A stretch of DNA of 32,000 nt. It comes from Pasteurella multocida. GTDB taxonomy: Bacteria > Pseudomonadota > Gammaproteobacteria > Enterobacterales > Pasteurellaceae. Below the pieces are notes generated by a model that saw only the letters and a program-made list of their open reading frames with translations, had not been told where the DNA came from and ran no database searches. Made by a program: the position numbers and the translations under genes. Positions within the stretch are counted from its first letter, which is position 1; each line of letters begins with the position of its first letter. Shown here one piece after another: positions 19,443 to 28,572 of the stretch. The DNA is taken from assembly GCF_900187275.1 (NCBI RefSeq), contig NZ_LT906458.1:930001-962000 (forward strand), given 5' to 3'.

Positions 19443-20216
19443 TTACCGAGTTACACCTTTTGATACATGTGTAGTTTTTTTCAATGCATTAATTAAATCA
19501 TCTGGTGAAGTATTTAAACGCTCTTTAACAATGATATCTTTTGCATAATCAAGATCACCATTTTTAACTAAAGCAAAAACAAGATTATGAATCAATCGAG
19601 AATTCTTAACGCCATTTAAATATTGTGGCAACAGTAAAGAAACAGCATTATTAAAATCGCCATTAATAATATTTAGCATGGCTAAATTATTAATAGCAAC
19701 ATTATCATTAATAAAGAACTCTCTTGCTTTATTGATATCATTTCGGGCATTCACCAAATTCCCATTTTGCGCATAAGCGATACCTCTTAAATTATATACT
19801 TCTCCTTCATTAGGTGATTTTAATAAGAGTTCATTTGCGACAGAAATTGCTTCTTGGAAATTATTTAATTGAATTAGATTTTTTATCTGTAATATTTTCG
19901 CTTGTGTAGCAAGCTTCGTATTATCATTCAGTAATGGCGTTAAATAAAGTAAAGAAGATTTGCTGTCACCTCGCTGATAGTATGTCTTCGCTAATTTATA
20001 GCGTATTGAAGGATCTTCTTTGGCTTTCAACACATCGCGATACAGTGAAATGAGTGCCGAATAATTTTGCGTACTTTCATATAAAGTCTCTTTTGCCGTT
20101 ATTGTTTCAGATGACATACTTTTCTGTGTCATGCCTTGCTGAGAATGGGTAGAACAACCAACGACAGATAAAGCTAAACTAACAAAAACGATTTTCTTGG
20201 TAAATTTAAAAAACAT
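19443..20216 (-). CDS. tadD: TadD, TPR-repeat outer-membrane lipoprotein
   Basis: Lipobox LSVVG-C after a signal peptide. The rest is TPR-like helical repeats (YYQRGD, NLRGIAYAQNGN). Start overlaps the tadC end by 11 nt. Confidence 0.8.
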   Translation of the reverse strand: MFFKFTKKIVFVSLALSVVGCSTHSQQGMTQKSMSSETITAKETLYESTQNYSALISLYRDVLKAKEDPSIRYKLAKTYYQRGDSKSSLLYLTPLLNDNTKLATQAKILQIKNLIQLNNFQEAISVANELLLKSPNEGEVYNLRGIAYAQNGNLVNARNDINKAREFFINDNVAINNLAMLNIINGDFNNAVSLLLPQYLNGVKNSRLIHNLVFALVKNGDLDYAKDIIVKERLNTSPDDLINALKKTTHVSKGVTR

Positions 20217-21060
20217 TTGGAAATACCCTCATTATACCTGGTGCTAGAATTAAAATGATTATTGGGAACATAATAAACAAAATCAATGGGATACTCATTT
20301 TAGCTGATAATGTACCTAACTTTTCCTCAATGATTAATAATTGTATCTCCCTGATATCTGCAGACAACTGAATTAAGTGAGAATAAATTGAAGAACCAAA
20401 ATTTAAACTCTGTTGTAAAACAGTACAAAACATTCTTATTTCTGTTGTTGGCAATGAGATCGAAAGATCCTGTAACGCTTGTGATAATCCCGTAAGTTCA
20501 GATTTTCTAATAATCCTTAACATCACATAAGTAAGATCTGGATTAAGTTTCTTAAAATCGATTGCCACTTGTTTTAAAGCCGCATCAATACTAATCCCTG
20601 TTTGAACATTTACTGCAACTAAGTCAATAAAACCTGGTAAATCTACCATGATTTTTTTCACCTTAGCTTTCAAAATAGCATTTGTCAAAATCCCTGGAAT
20701 GACAATAATAAAAACTAAAATAATAGATAAACCTATGACAAAATTTGAATCGTTTTTTACTGCATATAAATAATATAGGCCTGATAATAATAATGTGACC
20801 AAAAGCTTCACACGTATATTTTTATCTAAAACAGCTAGAATCTTTAAAAAAGGATTATTGTTAATAAGTAGTAATTCTAATTCTATTTGCTGTTTCGTTT
20901 TATTCTTGTCAACATTTTCTTCCCCTTTTTCTTTTGGCCGCTCTCCCGCCAAAATTTCCCTACTTCTTTCTAATTTTTTCTTATGGGATAACGCAATCAG
21001 CAAAACTGCAATCCCAAAAATAATCAAGAGAAAATAAAACAAAATAATCTTCATTGTCAT
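20206..21060 (-). CDS. tadC: TadC, inner-membrane platform protein (T2SS F-like)
   Basis: Polytopic GspF-like protein. Start set at the ATG at 21060, which forms an ATGA overlap with the tadB stop and follows AGGAAA; the track's start at 21084 lies inside tadB. Confidence 0.85.
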   Translation of the reverse strand: MTMKIILFYFLLIIFGIAVLLIALSHKKKLERSREILAGERPKEKGEENVDKNKTKQQIELELLLINNNPFLKILAVLDKNIRVKLLVTLLLSGLYYLYAVKNDSNFVIGLSIILVFIIVIPGILTNAILKAKVKKIMVDLPGFIDLVAVNVQTGISIDAALKQVAIDFKKLNPDLTYVMLRIIRKSELTGLSQALQDLSISLPTTEIRMFCTVLQQSLNFGSSIYSHLIQLSADIREIQLLIIEEKLGTLSAKMSIPLILFIMFPIIILILAPGIMRVFPNVF

Positions 21061-21941
21061 GTTGATTTCCTCATTAGCCACCAAATAATCAACATACCAA
21101 AGGCTTCACTGCCAAACACATAATACAATACATACCGACCACTAGGATCATTAAGTAAAAAGTCAAAGTTCTCAGGCATAGCGAATTGCATAAAGAGAAA
21201 AAAAGCAATTGGAAAACTTGCCACAATAAAAGCAGACATTCTTGCTTCAGATGTCATTGCTTTTTTCTTTTGCTCCATTTTTTTACTGTCTGCAATAACT
21301 CTCCCTAAGCGCGTAATCACTTCTCTAATCTGTCCACCTTTAGAAAGATTCGTTCTAATTATGGTAATAAAAAAGTAAAATTCTTTATAAGGATATCTGC
21401 TATAACTATCTTCAAATACTGACATTGGGTCTTCTCCCAGCGCCAAACGTTTATGTATAGCTTTAAATTCTTCGCCTAATTGTCCCGTTAAATCTTTGCC
21501 ACAACGTTCTAAAGATTGTAATAAACCCGCACCGCCTGTTGCTGCCGCATTCATAATTTGAATAACTTCAGGAAACATTGCATTAAACATTTTCTGATTA
21601 CGGTATTGCCCTAACTTCCAAACTAAAATAATAAACAAGCAAACAAAAATAAGCACAAATAGCCATCTTTCTAGACGAACATACGCCACATTAATAAAAA
21701 ATAGAATCAAAAAGATAGCACAGCTAATAAAAATATTTCTTGCTAATTTTTTTCTATCACCACCAACAAAATAATATTGCCACAATTGAATTTTTTTCTT
21801 TATTTCCGCAATACGGTTTTTGGTTTTATCAAGAGAAACATCATGTGGATGAATCTTTCTTCTTGTTTTTCTCCACCCTTGAGCTGTATATAAAAACAAA
21901 ATAGCACCAAAAGCGAGAATAAAATAATACATTAAAGTCAT
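21057..21941 (-). CDS. tadB: TadB, inner-membrane platform protein (T2SS F-like)
   Basis: 294 aa polytopic protein. Start abuts the tadA stop (TAAATG). Paralogous topology to TadC. Confidence 0.85.
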   Translation of the reverse strand: MTLMYYFILAFGAILFLYTAQGWRKTRRKIHPHDVSLDKTKNRIAEIKKKIQLWQYYFVGGDRKKLARNIFISCAIFLILFFINVAYVRLERWLFVLIFVCLFIILVWKLGQYRNQKMFNAMFPEVIQIMNAAATGGAGLLQSLERCGKDLTGQLGEEFKAIHKRLALGEDPMSVFEDSYSRYPYKEFYFFITIIRTNLSKGGQIREVITRLGRVIADSKKMEQKKKAMTSEARMSAFIVASFPIAFFLFMQFAMPENFDFLLNDPSGRYVLYYVFGSEAFGMLIIWWLMRKST

Positions 21942-23219
21942 TTACCCACCTTCAAAAATACTTTGTAATTCTGCACTTAAATTGAAGACCTGTGCATTTT
22001 GATATACAACAGAACGAGTTAATAAACCATGAGAAATAAATTCACCCGTAATCTTTCCATTTTCATCGCGATATTTACTTGGTTGATAGGAAAAAATATC
22101 TTGCATAACAATTTGCCCATTTTCCATTCCCATCAATTCCGTAATATTCATGATTTTCCGAGAACCGTCATTCAAACGCGAAGCTTGTACAATAATATTT
22201 ACTGCAGAAGCAATATTACGGCGAATTGCTTCAAGTGGTAAAGACGCATTAGACATCATGACCATACTTTCTAAACGTGCGGTCGCATCACGAGGACTAT
22301 TCGCATGCAGTGTAGACATTGAACCATCGTGTCCCGTATTCATCGCCTGCAACATCTGGAACGCTTCTCCACCACGACATTCCCCCACAATAATACGCTC
22401 AGGACGCATACGTAAGGCATTAATCACAAGATCTTGCATCGTAATTTCGCCTGTACGCTCGACCCCCGCTAGACGTGTTTCTAAACGCACTACATGAGGT
22501 TGTTCTAATCTTAGTTCTGCGGTATCTTCTAACGTAATAACTCGTTCTTGCGGAGAAATATAATTTGATAACGCATTTAATAATGTAGTTTTCCCTGAAC
22601 CTGTACCACCAGAGACAATGATATTCACGCGAGAACGTGCCGCGATAATCAAAAAATTCGCCATTTCACGCGTCATAGAACCAAAATTGACTAATTCTTG
22701 TAATGATTTCTTAGATTTACTAAATTTACGAATAGATATTGAGGTTCCATCTAATGCAATTGGGGCTATCACAACATTCAGACGGCTTCCATCAGGTAAG
22801 CGTGAATCGACTAATGGACTCCCATCATCAATGCGTCTCCCCACTCTTGCCACTAATCTTTTAGCAATATCTGTTAGTTGCTCATTACTAATGAATCTTT
22901 TATCAGTCTTTTCTAGAATACCTGCTCGCTCAACCCAAACATCATCAGGACCATTCACTAGAATATCATTGACCGTCTCATCTTCCATCAATTCTCTAAT
23001 TGGACCATATCCATCTATTTCATCAGCTATGCATTCTGCCATAAACAATGCGTCCGCTGATGTAATATAGATATTTCCTTTACCAGCAACTTTATAAACG
23101 ACTTGCACTAACTCGTCTACAAGCTTATCGCGTTCACTTTGAATCTCATCAATCTTTTCAATATCAAGATTACTTAACAATTCATTTCTAAAAAAAACTT
23201 GCTGTTCTTTGGTTAACAT
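21942..23219 (-). CDS. tadA: TadA secretion ATPase (VirB11/CpaF-type hexameric traffic ATPase)
   Basis: Walker A GGTGSGKTT, Walker B-like region VITLEDTAEL, His box HDGSMSTLHANS. Confidence 0.95.
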   Translation of the reverse strand: MLTKEQQVFFRNELLSNLDIEKIDEIQSERDKLVDELVQVVYKVAGKGNIYITSADALFMAECIADEIDGYGPIRELMEDETVNDILVNGPDDVWVERAGILEKTDKRFISNEQLTDIAKRLVARVGRRIDDGSPLVDSRLPDGSRLNVVIAPIALDGTSISIRKFSKSKKSLQELVNFGSMTREMANFLIIAARSRVNIIVSGGTGSGKTTLLNALSNYISPQERVITLEDTAELRLEQPHVVRLETRLAGVERTGEITMQDLVINALRMRPERIIVGECRGGEAFQMLQAMNTGHDGSMSTLHANSPRDATARLESMVMMSNASLPLEAIRRNIASAVNIIVQASRLNDGSRKIMNITELMGMENGQIVMQDIFSYQPSKYRDENGKITGEFISHGLLTRSVVYQNAQVFNLSAELQSIFEGG

Positions 23220-23238
23220 ATTAGATGTTCTTCTTCAA

Positions 23239-24360
23239 TTAATTACCCATTATCGCTTTTCTTAACGATGAGAATAAACTTTGTCTCTCTTTCTTTTGCT
23301 TATGACGGGATACAGCACCAACGACTTTCATCATGAGTGTATTAATTTCTTTTTTACCTACACGACCTAAATCAATATCTAAAACGGTTTTAGCGTCCGT
23401 TTTTTTCAAAAACGGAATGACAACATCAACCTGACATTTTAATAATGTTTCGATATCACTAATCGCCATTAATTTAGACGTTTCTAATCTAGAATCAGAT
23501 ATACATATAAAAGTACGAATTGGTTTACCAGTGGTACTTCTCATTCTTTCACATTCATCTAAAAATTGTTTGGCTACACGTAATGCAACAATACTCCGTT
23601 CGACAACTAAGACAAAACTGTTGCTATATTCTAAAAATTTAACAAAATCGTCTTTAACGACATTAAAAATTGGCTGATCATAAATAATAAAATTATATTT
23701 ATCCGTCGTCGAAACAGACAAACGAGAAGGAATACCATTAAATAAATCTAGATTGTTAGAATACTCAACGATATCGCCTTGCAATTTTTTATCAAAGGCA
23801 AGATCCAAATCTTGAGAACCATTAGGGCCTTGTGCTAACAACACCGGTACTTTCTTATTTGTGACGATTTCATTAGCTAAATGAGAACTAATTAAGCTTG
23901 CACCAGAACCACCTTTACAACTTAGTACAGAAATTCTCACTGTATGACGAACTAAAGGAATATTCACACCAGATACAATTTTTTCAGCCATTTGGCTCAA
24001 TTGTGTATCTGAGTGAAAATAAAGCACTCCCTCTTCTAATAATTTTTGAGCTAAAGAAATAGAATCGCTTTCACCAATAACACAACACCACACACTTTGA
24101 GGAACAATGCTATAAATATTTTCCGCGATAATTTTGATATCCGTTTCATGTCCTATATCGACAATAACACCTAATGTTTCCTCTGCTAAAAATGCTAAAT
24201 CTGAAGACAAAAAGAAATCAGCCTCAACAATTTCTAGATTTTCTAATCCTCGCGTCCTTAATATTTGTGCAACATCATTTTGAATATGCCCACGGCTAGA
24301 GACGACAATAATCTTTCTAGCACTGTCTACTGTAATATTTTCCTTATCAAGTAATAACAT
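23239..24360 (-). CDS. tadZ: TadZ, ParA/MinD-superfamily localisation protein with an atypical Walker A
   Basis: 373 aa. The deviant P-loop SCKGGSGAS lacks the canonical GK[ST] lysine. Position between rcpB and tadA. Confidence 0.8.
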   Translation of the reverse strand: MLLLDKENITVDSARKIIVVSSRGHIQNDVAQILRTRGLENLEIVEADFFLSSDLAFLAEETLGVIVDIGHETDIKIIAENIYSIVPQSVWCCVIGESDSISLAQKLLEEGVLYFHSDTQLSQMAEKIVSGVNIPLVRHTVRISVLSCKGGSGASLISSHLANEIVTNKKVPVLLAQGPNGSQDLDLAFDKKLQGDIVEYSNNLDLFNGIPSRLSVSTTDKYNFIIYDQPIFNVVKDDFVKFLEYSNSFVLVVERSIVALRVAKQFLDECERMRSTTGKPIRTFICISDSRLETSKLMAISDIETLLKCQVDVVIPFLKKTDAKTVLDIDLGRVGKKEINTLMMKVVGAVSRHKQKKERQSLFSSLRKAIMGN

Positions 24361-24376
24361 AAAGCGAACCTTCTTA

Positions 24377-24880
24377 TTAATATTTTAATTGAATGCGCTG
24401 ATTACTTTTCGTTGCACAAGGGTTGAGTCCATCCCAACTCATCATATCTTCAGCTGTATCAATTCGACAGTTAGCACGCTTTGTGCCAATTCTTGATACT
24501 TCAACATAAAGCGGATAAAGCGCTTTTTTATATTCGCTACGCACAAGTTTAATCGATGCAGCTTCAACGCCTTTGTTTATCAAAAATTTACGCATACCAG
24601 TGGCTTTTTTTTCTGATTCTTTATTCGACCAAATAATATGAACACGCTTATTCCTATCACTGCCTACATCTCTAAGCACTGAATAAAGCACATTATGGTA
24701 AACTACATCGGAATATTCCGACACCACATAACGATTCACTAACTGTGTACGACTAAATCCATTTAATTGCACCGGCTGTGCTACGTTAGTGTTAGTTACT
24801 AATTCATTTTTAGAAAATGCTACACCTTGTGCAGAATACATCAACGTAACAAAGACAATACTTGTGACTAATTTTCTCAT
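24377..24880 (-). CDS. rcpB: RcpB, outer-membrane protein of the Flp pilus secretin complex
   Basis: 167 aa with a signal peptide (MRKLVTSIVFVTLMYSAQG). ATGA overlap with rcpA. The assignment rests mainly on position. Confidence 0.65.
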   Translation of the reverse strand: MRKLVTSIVFVTLMYSAQGVAFSKNELVTNTNVAQPVQLNGFSRTQLVNRYVVSEYSDVVYHNVLYSVLRDVGSDRNKRVHIIWSNKESEKKATGMRKFLINKGVEAASIKLVRSEYKKALYPLYVEVSRIGTKRANCRIDTAEDMMSWDGLNPCATKSNQRIQLKY

Positions 24881-26289
24881 TGGATGAACCCTCCATTTCT
24901 TAAGAAATTAGTGCTTAATGTTTTATGATACACATTTTTAATCGGTGTCAGATTAAAAAAGCGTTCCATAGTCCCTGTTTGTTCAAAAGTAGGATACACA
25001 ATATCACTTTCATGTACTGGTTTCACTACATTTACTGTTGCAACAATCACGAGCTCTTTATCTTCTCGATCTGTTCTTGCATTACGGAAAAATGAGCCTA
25101 ATATTGGGATATCACCTAGCAGTGGTACTTTATTTATTCCTTCCGCATCCTGAGAACTAAATAGTCCTCCAATAATAAAACTTTCCCCATCTGCGACTTC
25201 AAAAATAGATTTCGCACGACGTGTATTGAAATAAGGCACAGTACCTACATTATCATAAGCATAGCTTCCTGCAATCGTACTTACACTTTGATCTAGTGCT
25301 AAGCGAATACGTTTATTTTTTTGTACCTTTGCCCCCACAATCAACTTGACTCCAAATTCTTTATAAATGATTGTTGCACTACCCTCTTTATCTTTTTGAG
25401 CAAAAGGTAATTCCCCCCCAACCAAAATATCTGCTGTTTCTCCTGATAAGAGAGAAATACTTGGTTCAGCCAAAATTTTGCCGTTATCCTGATTATTTAA
25501 AGCATTAATAAAAGCTGAAACACCGGTTGCATTTATATTAAGCGTTGAACCACTGCTTCCACCGAAACCACCGCTTAAAGAGACACTTCCACCAAGTAAC
25601 GGTCCACTATGGACACCAACCACTCTTCCCCAGTTAATACCTAAAGCTTCAGTGAGTTTCTTATTAACTTCGACAACGGAGAGTTTCACATTAATTTGTG
25701 TTGTATCTGCTACATTTGCATTATTAATCACACCATCAAATTGATATTTATCCAAAAACGGAATATATTCCTTTGCACCTTCAGAACGATTAAACATTGT
25801 TTCTGTGACTTTTTTGCCATTTCCTAACGCCTCACCTACAATACGATGAGCTTCTTCACTTTCCTCTAGCGTACGTGCTTTCCCTTCTATCACATATGCT
25901 TTCCCGACTTTCTTAACTGAGAGGTTTGAATTAGGAAAGCGTGCTTTAATTTGACGATTCGTATCAGATATATCGTTGATATTACTAATTAGTGGATTCA
26001 CATTAATAAAATCCGTGGTTAAAGGCTTACCGTCTTGACCGAAAGCAGTGACCTCTGCTCTTCCTTCTTCTTTGGCATAAATAATAAAACTATTATCATC
26101 TAAGATTTCATAATCGGCTACGGAAGGCGAAGAGACAAAAATAGTATCAATTTTCTCGTCAGTACGAACAAGTTTTGTTCCACCTTGCTCTAAATTAAAG
26201 GTCTTAGAGTACACTAAAGATGACCAAATCAATCCGCTTCCAATTAATAACACAGAAAGCCATTTTTTTGTTATACATTTATTATTCAT
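24877..26289 (-). CDS. rcpA: RcpA secretin
   Basis: 470 aa. Signal peptide. C-terminal secretin signature NKVPLLGDIPILGSFFR. ATGA overlap with rcpC. Confidence 0.9.
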   Translation of the reverse strand: MNNKCITKKWLSVLLIGSGLIWSSLVYSKTFNLEQGGTKLVRTDEKIDTIFVSSPSVADYEILDDNSFIIYAKEEGRAEVTAFGQDGKPLTTDFINVNPLISNINDISDTNRQIKARFPNSNLSVKKVGKAYVIEGKARTLEESEEAHRIVGEALGNGKKVTETMFNRSEGAKEYIPFLDKYQFDGVINNANVADTTQINVKLSVVEVNKKLTEALGINWGRVVGVHSGPLLGGSVSLSGGFGGSSGSTLNINATGVSAFINALNNQDNGKILAEPSISLLSGETADILVGGELPFAQKDKEGSATIIYKEFGVKLIVGAKVQKNKRIRLALDQSVSTIAGSYAYDNVGTVPYFNTRRAKSIFEVADGESFIIGGLFSSQDAEGINKVPLLGDIPILGSFFRNARTDREDKELVIVATVNVVKPVHESDIVYPTFEQTGTMERFFNLTPIKNVYHKTLSTNFLRNGGFIQ

Positions 26290-27098
26290 GATTTGTTACC
26301 TCTTAATTTTCTAATAAACACACCACGGTTATTTGAACTTTCCGCTTCATCAACTGAAGGCAATACAATTAATTTAGAGTCTTTCTCAAGTTCATAAAAC
26401 ATTTTAGCTTGATTTGCATTGACTTTAAGACTGATATAGCCAATATATTCACCTGCTAATTCATCTTCTTTTTTCGCAGAATCATTATTTTCATCTAGTA
26501 CCTGAAATACATAGACTTGCAATACTAAAAGCTTATTAATGATTTTTATTAAACTATTTTTATCAATACTTTCTTCTCTTGCACGATAGGCAATTTTTTG
26601 GTTATACACCGACACATAATCACCACTGCGTAAAGTATCCAAAATATAACGTTCTGTTGGTTTTAAATAAATTCTAAACGCAATCTCTTGTTTGGTATCT
26701 AAACTAGACATCAAAAAACGAGAATCATTAGGTGAAATAACAACGGATGGAGAAAGTAAAGAACCTGATTTTAAATTTTCAGAAATCAAATGACCTTGAA
26801 GTGTTTTGAATTTGGAAAGTGCTAACACATCAGTTAAATCATTATTTATAAGTGGATTATCTTCCGTCACTTTAATTTCAGTTAACGAATAATCTTCAAC
26901 TTGTAATAAGTTACCAGCCTGAATATCTCGCTTAAGCTCGGCAAGAGTGATTAATTTTTCTGGTTTTTTTTCAGTCTCAGATAAGGCAACACCACCTTCC
27001 CCAACACTTGAGCTATCCCCAGTTGGCATAAATAAGATCCCCCCGACACCAACAACCAGCGTAAGAAGAGAAATGATAAATAGCATTCTATAATTCAT
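26286..27098 (-). CDS. rcpC: RcpC/CpaB-family Flp pilus assembly protein
   Basis: 270 aa with one N-terminal TM helix. Lies between the prepilin peptidase and secretin genes, as rcpC does in tad loci. Confidence 0.7.
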   Translation of the reverse strand: MNYRMLFIISLLTLVVGVGGILFMPTGDSSSVGEGGVALSETEKKPEKLITLAELKRDIQAGNLLQVEDYSLTEIKVTEDNPLINNDLTDVLALSKFKTLQGHLISENLKSGSLLSPSVVISPNDSRFLMSSLDTKQEIAFRIYLKPTERYILDTLRSGDYVSVYNQKIAYRAREESIDKNSLIKIINKLLVLQVYVFQVLDENNDSAKKEDELAGEYIGYISLKVNANQAKMFYELEKDSKLIVLPSVDEAESSNNRGVFIRKLRGNKS

Positions 27099-27139
27099 TA
27101 TAGCCCCTTAAATTTTATATAGTTTATCTTGTAAATAAT

Positions 27140-27592
27140 TTAGCTAAATAAGAATAAATTGGTCAAAAAACCACAACTAATTGCGACACCATAGGGTAAA
27201 CCATGTTGTCTAATGGAATGTCTAAAAAAAAGAAATCCAATGATGATTAAAAATAAACCCGAAAATGCTGTAAAAAGAAAAAAGTATATTATTTGAGAAT
27301 GAGGTATAGTTAACATTAACACCGACATCAGCTTGATATCGCCAGCCCCCATAACCCCAAATGTAAATAGCAAAAAACCAATAACTAATGTTAATAATGC
27401 AGGCAGAAAAAAAATCTGTTTATATTGAATCCATGCCAGTGGCACAATGACTAAAAGTAACAAAAACACAATTTTATTACTAATAATTCTTGACCGTATA
27501 TCCGTCCAAGAAAGAATTATTAATAATATCACTGTTATACAATGAAGAGAAAAGATAACTATATCACTCACGGCATCCAAACCTAAAAACAA
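27140..27592 (-). CDS. tadV: TadV prepilin peptidase (A24 aspartyl protease without a methyltransferase domain)
   Basis: 150 aa polytopic protein. Two catalytic-Asp contexts, SWTDIRSR and GAGDIKLM. There is no in-frame ATG near the 5' end; the TTG at 27592 is provisional. Confidence 0.8.
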   Translation of the reverse strand: MFLGLDAVSDIVIFSLHCITVILLIILSWTDIRSRIISNKIVFLLLLVIVPLAWIQYKQIFFLPALLTLVIGFLLFTFGVMGAGDIKLMSVLMLTIPHSQIIYFFLFTAFSGLFLIIIGFLFFRHSIRQHGLPYGVAISCGFLTNLFLFS

Positions 27593-27596
27593 TCAC

Positions 27597-27776
27597 TTAT
27601 TTCAGTGCATTCACTACTGTAGATTTTAACAAGTCAAATTTCGCTTGGAGAGCAATAACAAGTCCATTATCATTGTAAAGCATCGATACAATAAAAACGG
27701 CAATCACTGCGGAAATAAGTCCATATTCAATTGACGTAATTCCTCTCTGACATTTAAGAAAATTGGAAAAACCCAT
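27597..27776 (-). CDS. flp-2: Flp-2 prepilin paralogue (59 aa; absent from the supplied ORF track)
   Basis: Hand translation: MGFSNFLKCQRG/ITSIEYGLISAVIAVFIVSMLYNDNGLVIALQAKFDLLKSTVVNALK. It has the Flp motif G/xTxIEYGLI plus a hydrophobic helix. The stop lies 4 nt before the tadV start. Confidence 0.75.
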   Translation of the reverse strand: MGFSNFLKCQRGITSIEYGLISAVIAVFIVSMLYNDNGLVIALQAKFDLLKSTVVNALK

Positions 27777-27805
27777 CGTTATATTTGTTCACTATACTAA
27801 ATAAC

Positions 27806-27848
27806 AGCTAACTTACTACAAATAATGTAGACTGCAAGTAAGCTAGCT
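27806..27848 (-). promoter_or_regulatory. Stem-loop in the flp-1/flp-2 intergenic region (candidate attenuator or mRNA 3' stabiliser)
   Basis: AGCTAACTTAC (27806-16) pairs with GTAAGCTAGCT (27838-48) at 10 of 11 positions. The inner mini-hairpin is CTACA-aataa-TGTAG. No clean U-tract follows it. Confidence 0.4.
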
Positions 27849-27895
27849 ATTATATAAAATAAAAAAACTAACTGGTTATTAAATAGTATTTAGTA

Positions 27896-28132
27896 CTATG
27901 GCTGACTACCACCCACTTGTGCACTAGTTACTGACGTAGTTAAGTCTGTAAATTTCTTCTGAAGTGATTTCACTAAGCCAGTGTCACCATAGAACGCAGC
28001 AACGATTAATACCGCTACAGCTACAGCGATTAAACCGTACTCGATTGCAGTTACACCACGCTCGTCTTTCTTAAAGTTACGAATCGATTCAGTTACAGCG
28101 ATATAAGCTTGAGTTGTTAATTTACTAAACAT
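27896..28132 (-). CDS. flp-1: Flp-1 prepilin (major Flp pilus subunit)
   Basis: 78 aa. 26-aa leader ending in G, then VTAIEYGLIAVAVAVLIVAAFY (Flp motif). SD AGGAG 7 nt upstream of the ATG. Confidence 0.92.
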   Translation of the reverse strand: MFSKLTTQAYIAVTESIRNFKKDERGVTAIEYGLIAVAVAVLIVAAFYGDTGLVKSLQKKFTDLTTSVTSAQVGGSQP

Positions 28133-28194
28133 TTTTATGCTCCTAATTTTTAATAAAAAATAATGATATTCTCATCAGAGATGTGACTGTTATC

Positions 28195-28238
28195 TAGTGA
28201 TTAGTGATAATTGCATAAGAAAACATTTTTAATCACTA
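28195..28238. repeat. TAGTGAT heptamer cluster upstream of flp-1 (tandem pair plus inverted copy); possible operator
   Basis: TAGTGATTAGTGAT at 28195-28208 and ATCACTA at 28232-28238, 63-106 nt upstream of the flp-1 ATG. Confidence 0.5.
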
Positions 28239-28572
28239 AATAATCTGAGGGAATTTTAATCATATTTTTGAGCGAACTGAAATAAAAAAATATACAAAAA
28301 CAACTGGTCCGACGAGTTAGTGAATAAAATAATACGTTTCTATAACACTTTTACATCTGTCGCAGCTCTTTCAAATGAATTTACCCTGGTTAAATAATAG
28401 TACATTTATTACTCTTAGAATAAGTTAACTTTTAATAAGGCATACTCCAAATCATTGCCCCACTTATCCTACAAACATATCTCACATGTTATGTAGACGC
28501 GCAATAGACAACAACTGTTACAATTCTCATTATTCAAGGTTTCTTGTGCTATCGGACTCGGAATATCCAGCA

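Larger units (their letters stand above)
16465..28132 (-). other. flp-rcp-tad operon (tight adherence / Flp type IVc pilus biogenesis), 14 genes
   Basis: Canonical order flp-1, flp-2, tadV, rcpC, rcpA, rcpB, tadZ, tadA-G with minimal gaps and several ATGA overlaps, as in the Aggregatibacter actinomycetemcomitans tad locus. Confidence 0.9.

Noticed and set aside
22029-23070. Three plus-strand ORFs (70, 115 and 150 aa) inside tadA.
   Set aside because: They lie antisense to the highly conserved TadA ATPase gene and have no recognisable motifs or RBS.
26964-26971. A/T homopolymer runs of 7-8 nt inside tad genes (rcpC 26964-71, and others in rcpB, tadA, tadE and tadB), considered as phase-variation switches.
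   Set aside because: Runs of this length are expected in AT-rich, Lys/Phe-rich genes. There are no long G/C tracts or tetranucleotide repeats of the kind used for phase variation in Pasteurellaceae.
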